NCBI GenBank assembly: GCA_918797485.1
Contig: CAKKNE010000001.1
Location: 2,914,001-2,978,000, forward strand
Length of the DNA: 64,000 nucleotides
Source of the DNA: Pelagomonas calceolata
Taxonomy: Eukaryota
Reading direction: 5' to 3'
Shown here: piece by piece, positions 41,910 through 51,301 of the stretch
How the letters are laid out: each line of letters opens with the position of its first letter
Position numbering within the stretch: the first letter of the stretch is position 1
Position numbers and translations under genes: made by a program
Notes under the pieces: model-generated
What the model was told of the DNA's origin: nothing
What the model saw: only the letters and a program-made list of their open reading frames with translations
Databases searched by the model: none

Positions 41910-43182
41910 ATGTCCGCGGCGACCTGGGACGACCTCGGCCCCGAGGCCCGCGTCCTGCGCGACGTCATGCGCTCCAGGGCCTTCGGCGCCGTCTCGGGCG
42001 AGGCCGGCCTACAGGAAACGCAGGGCACGTGCCACGTGGCGGACGCCGCGGCGCGGCGCCTCGCGGCCCGGCGCGAGGCGGCGGCGCCCGCCGCGGCCGC
42101 GGCCCCCGCGCGCGGCGACGACGTCCGGCCCGGTTCGCCGACCGTCGACGCCGAGCTCAACTGGCGCCACCTCACGCGCGTCTCGCGCTACCACGACCTC
42201 CGCGCGGCCCTCGACGCGTGCCTCGGCGCGGCGGCGGCGGCGGCCGCCGCGCTCTGGCCCGCCGAGGGCGCGCGCGGCGCGCGCGCGGCGCTCTGTCTGG
42301 CACCGCTCTGGGCCGACGAGGCCTTCCTCCGCGCCGCCGCGGCCCCCGCCGCCGCGTCGGCGCCGCCGACCGACCTCGCCGCCGCGGCGCTCAACATCTA
42401 CGCGGCGGCGCCGCCCGCGGCCGCGGCGGTGCGCCGCGGCGGGCCGCGCCCGGGGCCGCGCGCGCCGCCGCGCGGCGGCGCGACGCGCGGCGGCGGCGCG
42501 CGGTCGCTCCTGCCCGAGCTCGACGCCGCGGCCGAGGACGCGCCGCCGCGCGCGGGCCGCCGCGGCGCCGCGCCAGGCGCGGGCGCCGCGGACGCGCGCC
42601 CGCGGCTCGCTCCTCGACCCGGCGCTGCCGCCGCCGCCCGGCGCGGCCGCGGCCCCGCGGGCCACGTTCCCCGGGCCGCCGCCCCCGCCGCCGCCGGCGC
42701 CGCCCGCGACGCTCCCGCCGCCGACCGCCGCGTCCGTCGCGGCGCGGCGCCCGGTCCGCGCGGCGCGCAAGCGCGCGCGGCCGCTGTCGCCGGCGCCGGC
42801 GCGCCCGGCGCGGTACGACGCCTCGCCCGAGGACCCGCCGAGCACGCCGGCGCAGATCTTCCCGAGCAAGCTCCGGCGCATCGTCGAGGGCTTCGGCGAC
42901 TACTGCAGCTACTCGCCGACCGCGCGCAAGCTCGTGATCCCGGACCGCGCCCGCTTCGCCGAGCGCGTGCTCCCCAAGTTCTTCAAGGCAGCGCCGGGCG
43001 CCGCGCCCGCGGCGCGGCGCAAGACCATGTGGGAGTCGTTCGCGCGCCAGATGAACTACTACTCGTGGTTCGTGGAGCGCGGCCGCGCCGGCGGGGACGC
43101 GTTCGTCTGCGCGGATCCGGCCGTGCGGCACGCGGCCGACTTCGAGCGCCGCCTGCGGCGCCGCTCGACGCAGTACCGCTGA
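41910..43182 (+). CDS. HSF-type DNA-binding domain protein (frame break near 42540-42610)
   Basis: IFPSKLRRIV...VIPDRARFAERVLPKFFK...WESFARQMNYYSW lies in a different frame from the ATG at 41910. Confidence 0.7.
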
Positions 43183-43410
43183 ACGGCCCGGTCGCCAAGT
43201 TCCAAGTCCCCCCCCCCGTCGTTGCCCTTTGCCATTGCCGAACCTCCGGCGTCGCCGACCGCCGCGAGGGGCTCTTGACCATTCCCCCGTCGTCCCTTCC
43301 CCCATCTTCTGGAGTTTCCGGAGCGCGCAAGGCGCTCCGATCGTTCTACTCGAAATAAGCTGTCTCCCCCATCTTCCCGGGGGTCCGGGTCGCGACCCAA
43401 AACGAAACTC

Positions 43411-44592
43411 CTACCTCTTAGACCCGTAGCACATCCACGTCGTCATCGCGGCCTCGAGCTGCTCGATGGTGCGCCCGCGCCGCAGCTCGTCGTACTCCGG
43501 TTTCGTGAGCAGGGCGTCCCAATCTTCCTGCTCCTTGTACAAAGCTTTCACGATCCACCCGTCGTTGTCGACCTGGGCCTTTTCGGCGTCCGACGACGGC
43601 CGGTGGATCGTCGGGGCCGGCGCCGGCGCGGGCGGCGGCTCGTCGACGTCCATCGGCGCCGGGCCCTCGTCCGACGACGACGACGACGACGACGAGCCGG
43701 CCGGGGCCGGCGGCGGCGCGGGCGGCGCGGGCGGCGGGCTGGGCGGCGCCGGGTACTTGGCCCGAAGCGCCTCGAGCTCCTTTTCGTCGATCTCGCGCGG
43801 CACGCGCGTGTCCGGGTCCGCGACACCCAAATACGTGTCCGCGTCGCGCGCCGGGCCGGGCGCCCTCTTGCCGACAGCCATTGTTAAGGGATCCAGAAAG
43901 CTCGTGACGATGTCGTCGTCGCTCTCGGCCAGGTCGAGCACGCCCTCGGCCTTCTCGTCGTAGCCGTAGGCGCCCCACCGCCAGAGCGCGCGGCACCGCG
44001 CGGGCGTCCACCTTTGTTGTCTCTTCTCCTCGGCGTCCGCCGCCTTGCGCGCCTCCGGGACCCAATCTGGGACGATCTCCTCGGGCACGCCCTCGTCCCA
44101 GAGCCGCACCTCCTCCTTCAGCTTTTCAATATACTTCACGCGCGCCGGCTCCTCCTTTAGTAGAATGGCCGAGGCCGCCTCGTAGTCCAGCGACCCGTCG
44201 CCGCGCATCGTCACTTCGAGCGCCTTCGCCAACCGGATAAAGTCCTTGCACACAAACGTCTCGCCCCCGATGACGCGGGGCGGCGGCGGCGCCTTCGCGT
44301 GCTTCGCCGCCTCGGCGCGGCACCGCTCGGCCGCGAGCTGGCCCTCGAGGCCGCCGCCCTTCTGCTCCTCGCCGCCCTTGTACGTGCCGTACTCTGATTT
44401 TGGTTTGTTCCGCTCGGCGACCTCCTTCTTCGTCGGCGCGGCCTGGATCGCGCGGCAGACGCGGTCGACGCAGGGCCGCCGCAGGTTGCCGGGCCCGCCG
44501 TTCTTCTTCATGTCCAGGCAGTGCTTGCACTTCCGGCACTCCACGGCCAGGCAGCCGTCGCACTTGCCGCAGCGCGTGCGGCGGGTCGACAT
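43411..44592 (-). CDS. CXXC zinc-finger protein
   Basis: RCGKCDGCLAVECRKCKHCLDMKKNGGPGNLRRPCVDRVC. Confidence 0.85.
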   Translation of the reverse strand: MSTRRTRCGKCDGCLAVECRKCKHCLDMKKNGGPGNLRRPCVDRVCRAIQAAPTKKEVAERNKPKSEYGTYKGGEEQKGGGLEGQLAAERCRAEAAKHAKAPPPPRVIGGETFVCKDFIRLAKALEVTMRGDGSLDYEAASAILLKEEPARVKYIEKLKEEVRLWDEGVPEEIVPDWVPEARKAADAEEKRQQRWTPARCRALWRWGAYGYDEKAEGVLDLAESDDDIVTSFLDPLTMAVGKRAPGPARDADTYLGVADPDTRVPREIDEKELEALRAKYPAPPSPPPAPPAPPPAPAGSSSSSSSSDEGPAPMDVDEPPPAPAPAPTIHRPSSDAEKAQVDNDGWIVKALYKEQEDWDALLTKPEYDELRRGRTIEQLEAAMTTWMCYGSKR

Positions 44593-45054
44593 GGTGCTTG
44601 CTCACTAAAATGCCGCAGTGGGCCCGCACTGCTCGATGCTGGCGTCTGGCGGTGGCGCGGGCGGCGCCGCAGTGCCGCGCGCGCGTATGAGAGTGACCCA
44701 AACTCAAAATCCGCAGTGGGCCCTCACTGCTAGATTGCTGGCGTCTGGCTTGGCGCGGGCGGCAGCGCCAGGCCACGAGACAGACGGGGGGCTTGGAGCG
44801 CTGGCGGCGGTGCCCCTCGGCTCGCGCGAAAAGGATAGAATCGAGGCGCGCCCGGCAGAGCTAAGCGGTAAGACACTAGACAGGCAGTGGGCGCGGGCGG
44901 CCTTATCAGCCCAAAAACTGCACCCATAGCCAAGCTTGGGTACAACTGAGACCCATCACAGCCCGCACGTGTGGATAGCACTCGAACGACGAGGGTCAAA
45001 TAGCACAGAGGCTCAATATCCGTCCGGAGGAGGAGGAGAGCGGTGTTTAAATCC

Positions 45055-45444
45055 ATGGCGACGACGACGACGACCGGCGGACCCATGGCGACGACGACGA
45101 CGACCGGCAGCGAAGCAACCCACGCGCACGTGCAGAGCCTGCCCTGCAACATCAAGTACGACGGCCCCGCGGACGTCTCCGGCCGCCTCATCGTGAAGCA
45201 ACACGCCGACGGCGGCCTCGAGACCGCGTTCCGCGGCCGCGAGCTGCGGGGCGTCGACGCGCCGCTGCGTAAAGGCACCACGGGCCTCGTCGTCGACACG
45301 GGCGACGGCACCGCGCGCGTCCGCGGCACGTTCGACCGGATCCGGGTCTGGGAGTACGACGCGCCGCCGGGCCCGTCGAACAGCGTCATGGACGCGCTCG
45401 CCAAGGTCGACGCGCTCACGGCGCTCCACGCGCCCGAGGACTAA
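45055..45444 (+). CDS. RNASEH2C: Ribonuclease H2 subunit C
   Basis: LPCNIKYDGPADVS, AFRGRELRG, FDRIRVWEYD. Start at 45055 or 45085. Confidence 0.85.
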   Translation: MATTTTTGGPMATTTTTGSEATHAHVQSLPCNIKYDGPADVSGRLIVKQHADGGLETAFRGRELRGVDAPLRKGTTGLVVDTGDGTARVRGTFDRIRVWEYDAPPGPSNSVMDALAKVDALTALHAPED

Positions 45445-45458
45445 TTTAATTCGTGTAC

Positions 45459-47603
45459 TTACCCCGCGGCGAGCCGCCGCTGCGCCTGCTCCCACTTCGC
45501 GCGGTAGAGCTTCTTGTAGCGGCCGAGGAGCGCGTCGCGGCGCAGCTGCAGCCCGAAGGCCTCGACCCAGAGGTCGCCGATGAGCCCGTAGAGCGCCGCC
45601 ACGCTCTGGGCTTCCTGGTCGCCGCCGGCCAGGAGCGCGGGCGCCGGCGGCGCCTCCAGTAAAATCGTGTCGTGCGAGCTCGTGCCCTCGTCGCTCACGG
45701 CCCGCGCCAGGATCTCCTCCTCGCCCCGCAGCGTGTGCGGCGTCCGCGCGCGCGTCGACACGGCCACGGCGCCGCCCGTGCCCGCGACCGGAGACAGCGT
45801 CATCGGGATGATCGCGTAGGCGCCTACATCTAAATCGTCGAGGTACATGTCCACGGCGGGACCTTTCACGAAGCGCTCCGTCAGGCCCACGACGCGGTCC
45901 TGCTTGACGTCCACGACCTTCTCGACGGCGGCGCCGTCGTCGCCGCGGTCCTGCCGGACGACGCACAGGCCGATCGCATGAGTGCCGTTCTGCGTGAGCG
46001 TGAGCTGGACCGGCGTCTTGTGGGGCAGGTCCAGGAAGAACTGCGGGTTCGCGACCCAGGTCGTCTGGTTGAGGCAGCCGCCCCCTTGATCGGGGAACGC
46101 CGCCGCGCGCCGCTGCGTCGTCCACATTTCCGGGTCGTAGAGCTTGCAGGACCAGCCGCAGTCGAACACTTGTTGCACTTCATCCAACTCCAACCAGAAG
46201 ACGGCCTCGTCCTTGGCGCGGAAGCCGCACTCCTTCGCGACCACCGGGTCGTCCCACCTTTCGTCGTCCAAAGACCATCGCCCGCCGGGCCGCGGCCCCG
46301 CCCAGCCCCGACAAAACTGGACCAGACGCACGCGCTTCGGCCCCGCCTCGACGACCTTCAGGACGCCGTAGGCGCGCCCGGCGACGACGCCGCAGCCGCG
46401 CGGCCGCCCGCCCCGCGGCGTCGCGGCGAGGCCCGCGCGCCCCCGCGCCGTCCAGGCCTTGAGGAGGTCCCAGAGCGCCGTCGCGTCGCCCGGGAGCTCC
46501 GCAAATTCCTCCCAGGCGTCGCCCGTCAGCGCCCGCAGGCAGTCGAGCGTCGACGCGGCCGCGGCCGCGTCGGCCGAGCCCCGCAGCTTGAAAAAGGCCT
46601 TCTCGAGCAGGGGCAGCCAGAGACTCTCGGCCGGGTCCTCCGTCCGCGCGAGGAGGGGCCGGTTCAGCGACGAGCACGCGAGGCGGTCGTCGACGCAGAC
46701 GACGCGCTCGCGCCCGCCTATAATAAACCGCAGCGCGAAGCGCCCGTGGGGGTCCTCCTGGCCCGTCGGCACGAAGAGGTTTTTGATCAGCTTTGGCGCC
46801 GTCGACAAGATGGCGACGGCGCCCAAGAAACCCCGGTCCTGGACGAGGCCCGGCCGGATGAGGCCCAGTCTAGTCCCCCCGAAGAGTGCAGGAGACAGCT
46901 CCAGGCACTCGTCGGGCCTCTTACTATGCAAGGACTCGCCCTCGAAGGGCATGCCCTTTAATGGCGAGCCGGCGTCCGCGAAGAGCCGCCAACCCTTATC
47001 GGTCCACTTCGCCCCTGTTAACAGAGGCACCTGCCGCGTGTCCCCCGAGAAGTACTCGAGGAAGTGCAAGATCCGCGGGTCCGTAAACACAAATTCGTCG
47101 AATTCCCGCTTCGCGAGCTCCATGGACAAAGATCGGTCCGCCTTCGTGAAGCACCACTTCGCCGTCTTCTCCAATTCCGCGACGGTCGGCGCGACGACGT
47201 TGCCGTCGACCTTACTACAGCCGCTCGACACGCACCGGAAGAAGATCGTGAGCTCATCTACCGTAAGTTCGCCCGTCCGCGAGAAATCGAACAACGCGTG
47301 TAGCACATCAATTTTCTGTCGGATCGTCAAGCCGCTCAAGGTCACGATCGTCGCAATGAGTTCGAAGGCATCCACCAGGTCATTATGATCCGTGTCCATG
47401 AGCTCGAAGATCGGCGCGGCCTCGTCGTCCGTCATGCCCAATAAAACCGCCGCGTGCCGCGGCCCGAGGGCGAAGCGCCCGCCCAGGTCGTGCTCGTGCG
47501 CAATCAGCATGTCGTCGACCTGCCTCTCCTTCCATTTGGTGAGGTGTAGGAGGCGAGGGTCGACGACGGCGCGGCCTGTCAGCGTGCTGGCGCGCACGCC
47601 CAT
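45459..47603 (-). CDS. EF-hand-containing calpain-like protein, probably catalytically inactive
   Basis: EF-hands DTDHNDLVDAFE and DFSRTGELTVDE; CysPc motifs VCVDDRL, LWLPLLEKAFFKLRGS, LTG; domain III GGC...NPQF. Confidence 0.88.
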   Translation of the reverse strand: MGVRASTLTGRAVVDPRLLHLTKWKERQVDDMLIAHEHDLGGRFALGPRHAAVLLGMTDDEAAPIFELMDTDHNDLVDAFELIATIVTLSGLTIRQKIDVLHALFDFSRTGELTVDELTIFFRCVSSGCSKVDGNVVAPTVAELEKTAKWCFTKADRSLSMELAKREFDEFVFTDPRILHFLEYFSGDTRQVPLLTGAKWTDKGWRLFADAGSPLKGMPFEGESLHSKRPDECLELSPALFGGTRLGLIRPGLVQDRGFLGAVAILSTAPKLIKNLFVPTGQEDPHGRFALRFIIGGRERVVCVDDRLACSSLNRPLLARTEDPAESLWLPLLEKAFFKLRGSADAAAAASTLDCLRALTGDAWEEFAELPGDATALWDLLKAWTARGRAGLAATPRGGRPRGCGVVAGRAYGVLKVVEAGPKRVRLVQFCRGWAGPRPGGRWSLDDERWDDPVVAKECGFRAKDEAVFWLELDEVQQVFDCGWSCKLYDPEMWTTQRRAAAFPDQGGGCLNQTTWVANPQFFLDLPHKTPVQLTLTQNGTHAIGLCVVRQDRGDDGAAVEKVVDVKQDRVVGLTERFVKGPAVDMYLDDLDVGAYAIIPMTLSPVAGTGGAVAVSTRARTPHTLRGEEEILARAVSDEGTSSHDTILLEAPPAPALLAGGDQEAQSVAALYGLIGDLWVEAFGLQLRRDALLGRYKKLYRAKWEQAQRRLAAG

Positions 47604-48115
47604 CTTTTACTGTGTCTCGATGGCTTGATGGCTGCCTCGCGGAGCCGCGTTCTCGACCTCTTGCGTGCCGGCCGCGACGGCTCGATGGCTGCCTCGTGCG
47701 AGGTGTTCTCCGGACCGCTTGCACCGATTTGGGCAGCCCTTTGGTTTGGCGCTGCCCCTCTCCCTCCGCGGGTCCCACGATGATGTTGCGCTAGGAGGTC
47801 CTCGCCGGGGCGCGCTACGGCTCCGTGAACGGATCTCCGAGCTTGAATTCATAAAAATATTAAAACGGGTTCTGTCAAGAGGTACTATACTTATAGGGTA
47901 GGTACCTTGGCTGGTACCGTGGTCGGCGCCTCACTTAGTGGCATCGACAGAGTTCATCGGTATATTTTTGCGACTACATTACTGCAAGCCAGCTGCAACG
48001 CGGCTTACTTCGCAGCTGCAACGCGGCTTACTTCGTCGAGTTTAGACTTTCAGCACTGCAGGCTGCCAGGTGCAGCTGCATTCTCGCATCGATCAATCAT
48101 CGGTGCCAAATCGTA

Positions 48116-49123
48116 ATGTGCAGCCTCGCCGTGCCGACCGGCCGCGGCGGCGACGGCCCCGCGGACTCGTGGCTCGGCGGGCGGCCGCGCTACCTGGACG
48201 GGCGGGAGCGGCCGCCGCCGACGTGCGGCGCCTGCGCGGCGCCGCTCCCGCTCGTCGCGCAGATCTCGGCGCCGGTCGACGGCCGCGCGCGGGCGCTGCA
48301 CGTCTTCGGCTGCCCGCCGTGCGCCGGCGACGCGCGCGCGTGGTGCGTGCGGCGTACGCAGGCCGCCGCTGTCGATGCGCTTTCCGTCGAGGCGCTTTCT
48401 ATCGAGCCGGCGGCGGCGACCGCAGCACCGGCGCCCGCGGCCGACGCCTGGACCTGGGACGACGACGAGGACGACGACGAGGCGGACCTGGAGGCGCTCC
48501 TCCGCAGCCACGAGGCCGGCGCCGCCGCGCCGCCCGCCCCGCGACGACCGGCGCCGCCGCCGCCACCGCCAGAACGGGAACCGGAACCGGCGGCGGCGGG
48601 CCCGGTCCTCCCGCGCGTGGCGCTGGACTGGGTCGCGGAGCCCGAGGTGGCGGCCGTCGACTCGGACGACGACGGCGACGACGCGGGCGGCGACGACGCG
48701 GCGATGCGCCGCCGCCTCGCCGCGTACCTCGCCGAGGGCGACGACGCCGCGGCGCTCCGCGCCGCGCTCGACGGGGGCGCGCCGCCGGGCCCGGCCGCCG
48801 ACGGCGACGGCTACGAGGCCGCAGGCGCGGACGACAGGTTCGCGCGCCGCCTCGCGCGGTGCCCGGACCAGGTCGTCCGCTACGCCTACGGCGCGGCGCC
48901 GCTCTGGCCCGCGGCCGACGGCCCGCCGGCCGCGCCGCCGTGCGCGTGCGGCGCGCCGCGCGACTTCGAGCTGCAGCTCATGCCGACGCTCGCGTACGTG
49001 CTCAGGCACGACGCGCTCGACGTCCACACCGTCCTCGTCTGCTCGTGCCGCGCGAGCTGCGACGCGTCCGACGCCGAGGCGGCGGTCGTGCGGGCCGCGC
49101 CGAGCCTCCAGGACCTGTCCTAG
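48116..49123 (+). CDS. PDCD2L: PDCD2-like (TSR4) protein
   Basis: LGGRP, CGAC, QISAP, RALHVFGC, PDQVVRY, CACGAPRDFELQLMP. Confidence 0.88.
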   Translation: MCSLAVPTGRGGDGPADSWLGGRPRYLDGRERPPPTCGACAAPLPLVAQISAPVDGRARALHVFGCPPCAGDARAWCVRRTQAAAVDALSVEALSIEPAAATAAPAPAADAWTWDDDEDDDEADLEALLRSHEAGAAAPPAPRRPAPPPPPPEREPEPAAAGPVLPRVALDWVAEPEVAAVDSDDDGDDAGGDDAAMRRRLAAYLAEGDDAAALRAALDGGAPPGPAADGDGYEAAGADDRFARRLARCPDQVVRYAYGAAPLWPAADGPPAAPPCACGAPRDFELQLMPTLAYVLRHDALDVHTVLVCSCRASCDASDAEAAVVRAAPSLQDLS

Positions 49124-49367
49124 TTTGTTTCTAAGAGTGGTTGTCCGGTGGCTGATGGGTCGTATGTTTCTCTGCTTGCTAGTGTCTTACAGCCGCTAGC
49201 CTCGAGCTGCTGCGGAGCCTAGCGTGCGGGTTGCGTAAGCAGCGGGACCTGGGAGAGGGAGCCTTTGCTCAAGCGGCCCCCGAGCTCGCGGTTACCAGTC
49301 GAGAGCGTAAGCGGAGAGCCTTTGTTTGATTGCCAAAACCAGCCTCACTGTTTTATCGAGGTGAACT

Positions 49368-51251
49368 ATGGCTCTCGAATACAAGGCGGAGCTGGAGAGA
49401 GTCGCCTCGCGCGACGGTGCCCACGGACTGAAGCGCGTGTGCCTTCTACAAAATGAAGCAAGTGAAGAGACGCAGCAATGCGAAACGCCGCTGCAGTGGG
49501 CTGTCACGACGCCGCGCACGTACTTCATGCTAGAACCGAGCCAGAAACGCGCCGCCACGGTCGCCGCGCGGCCGATGGAAGACGCGGCGTTCCTGCGCCG
49601 CCTGCGCTTGTTCGCCGGTTCGGCCGGAACGAGCGAGGTGGAAGACGGCGCGTTGGCGGAGGGCGCGGCCGAAACCGCCGGTCCGCTCGCGCAAGCGATC
49701 GCGCAAGCGCCGCTGCGGCTCGTGAGCAAGAGCTGGGCCCGCATGTTCTCGGCCGCGGCGATCCACGCCGACGCGTTCGGTGCCGCGCGCCGCCTGCTGC
49801 AACCCGTCGAGGCGGCGGAAGGTCTCAGTCGCGTCTTCGACCAGAAGCTCAACTACGTGAGAGCGGAATTCGAAGGCGAAGAGTCGGTCCCCCACCATAT
49901 AGGAGGGGGCCTCGTCACGCACATCCCCTTCGCCGACTGCGCATGGCGCTCCGCCCTGGGATACGTTCCTGATGGCATGCACGACGAAGAACAACAGGGT
50001 CCGGAATTCGCGACGCAGCCGATTTTCGCCTGGGAGCGGCGGACGGCGCACGAGGAGCTGATCGCGCGCGCCACGACCGGCCTCGAGTTCCACGAGGCGG
50101 CCTGCTCGTGGGATTCCGGATTCGACACGCCAGGCGAATACTGCAACGAGATCCAGAACCTGCGGAAGGATTTCGCCGACGCGCTCGTGCAGCGCGAGTG
50201 GTTCGTCGACGTCGAGGACGTGACGTGCACGAAGTGGGTTCGCGGCGTCGAGGACTTTTTGGACAAACTCATGCCCCGCTGGGATGAGCAGGTGGGTTGT
50301 TCGGAGATGACGCGACGCGCGGAGCCCGCGCGCAAGGTGTTCCGCGTCGTGCCGCTCGCCTACTCCGTGGCGGAACTCGCGCACGAGCGGGCCCGCGGCA
50401 GCTTGTATAATGAAACTCCCTACGGAGACAGGCGCTCCTGTGTCGAATTTCACGGAGGGTTCGTGCTGACGGCCGACGGCGCGCTTCCGCTGCTTCCCTC
50501 CGGCGACGGGCATGGGAACGGGCGCGGCATGGGGCCGGGCGCGACGGCGAAAGTCCTCGAACGGGCGGCGGAGCGAGACCGGCGCGCCGCCGAAGAGCTG
50601 CGGGACGAGGAGGGGTGGAACACCGCACTCGCGACCGCGGCCCTCGCGGCGAGCAGCGCGGCGTTCACGGCGCAGGCGGCCGCCTGTCGCCGGACGTCGG
50701 TGGCGCCAACGATCTACGCGCTTTGCGCGATGCGCGCGCTCGTGGCAGCGGGGCGCGCCGAGGTGCCCGAGCAATCGATTCTCGGACGGTTCTGCGGCGT
50801 GGGTCTGCCACCGGAGTTATTCCGCCGCATAGCCCTCATGATCGGCGTCGGCGACGAGCGCGACGCGAGTCAAGGGAGTGCTGTTCTGCGAAGGATGGAG
50901 ATCTCCATGGAGAAGGTCGATGCTCCGTGGGGGGACTGGGATAAACGGGAGAACTATTGCACGAGCGACCACGGTCGAGACAAGTGGGAAAAACGCCGCT
51001 TGATCATCCCGCAGGTCGTCCTTAAGTTAGACCTGCACGGCCAGGAGCTGGAGATAAAAGGTCGGCTCTCGGGCTTTGAGGTGCCCTGCACCCACGAAAC
51101 GCCCTACTTTGGATGGGGCCGGAACTATCTGATCGGCGACAAGAAAAAGCTGATGCGCAACCGCAAGAAGTTTGCCACGTACAAGAAGAAGGCCTTGCCC
51201 CTGCAGATCGACCGCGACGCCATGATCCCGGTGACATTTACCGGCGGGTGA
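49368..51251 (+). CDS. Hypothetical protein (627 aa)
   Basis: Long ORF with normal amino-acid complexity and lower GC3; no recognised family. Confidence 0.7.
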   Translation: MALEYKAELERVASRDGAHGLKRVCLLQNEASEETQQCETPLQWAVTTPRTYFMLEPSQKRAATVAARPMEDAAFLRRLRLFAGSAGTSEVEDGALAEGAAETAGPLAQAIAQAPLRLVSKSWARMFSAAAIHADAFGAARRLLQPVEAAEGLSRVFDQKLNYVRAEFEGEESVPHHIGGGLVTHIPFADCAWRSALGYVPDGMHDEEQQGPEFATQPIFAWERRTAHEELIARATTGLEFHEAACSWDSGFDTPGEYCNEIQNLRKDFADALVQREWFVDVEDVTCTKWVRGVEDFLDKLMPRWDEQVGCSEMTRRAEPARKVFRVVPLAYSVAELAHERARGSLYNETPYGDRRSCVEFHGGFVLTADGALPLLPSGDGHGNGRGMGPGATAKVLERAAERDRRAAEELRDEEGWNTALATAALAASSAAFTAQAAACRRTSVAPTIYALCAMRALVAAGRAEVPEQSILGRFCGVGLPPELFRRIALMIGVGDERDASQGSAVLRRMEISMEKVDAPWGDWDKRENYCTSDHGRDKWEKRRLIIPQVVLKLDLHGQELEIKGRLSGFEVPCTHETPYFGWGRNYLIGDKKKLMRNRKKFATYKKKALPLQIDRDAMIPVTFTGG

Positions 51252-51301
51252 GAGATAGCGACACTGTGTAAGTGTATCAGAGACATAACTAGGGAACCTA
51301 C

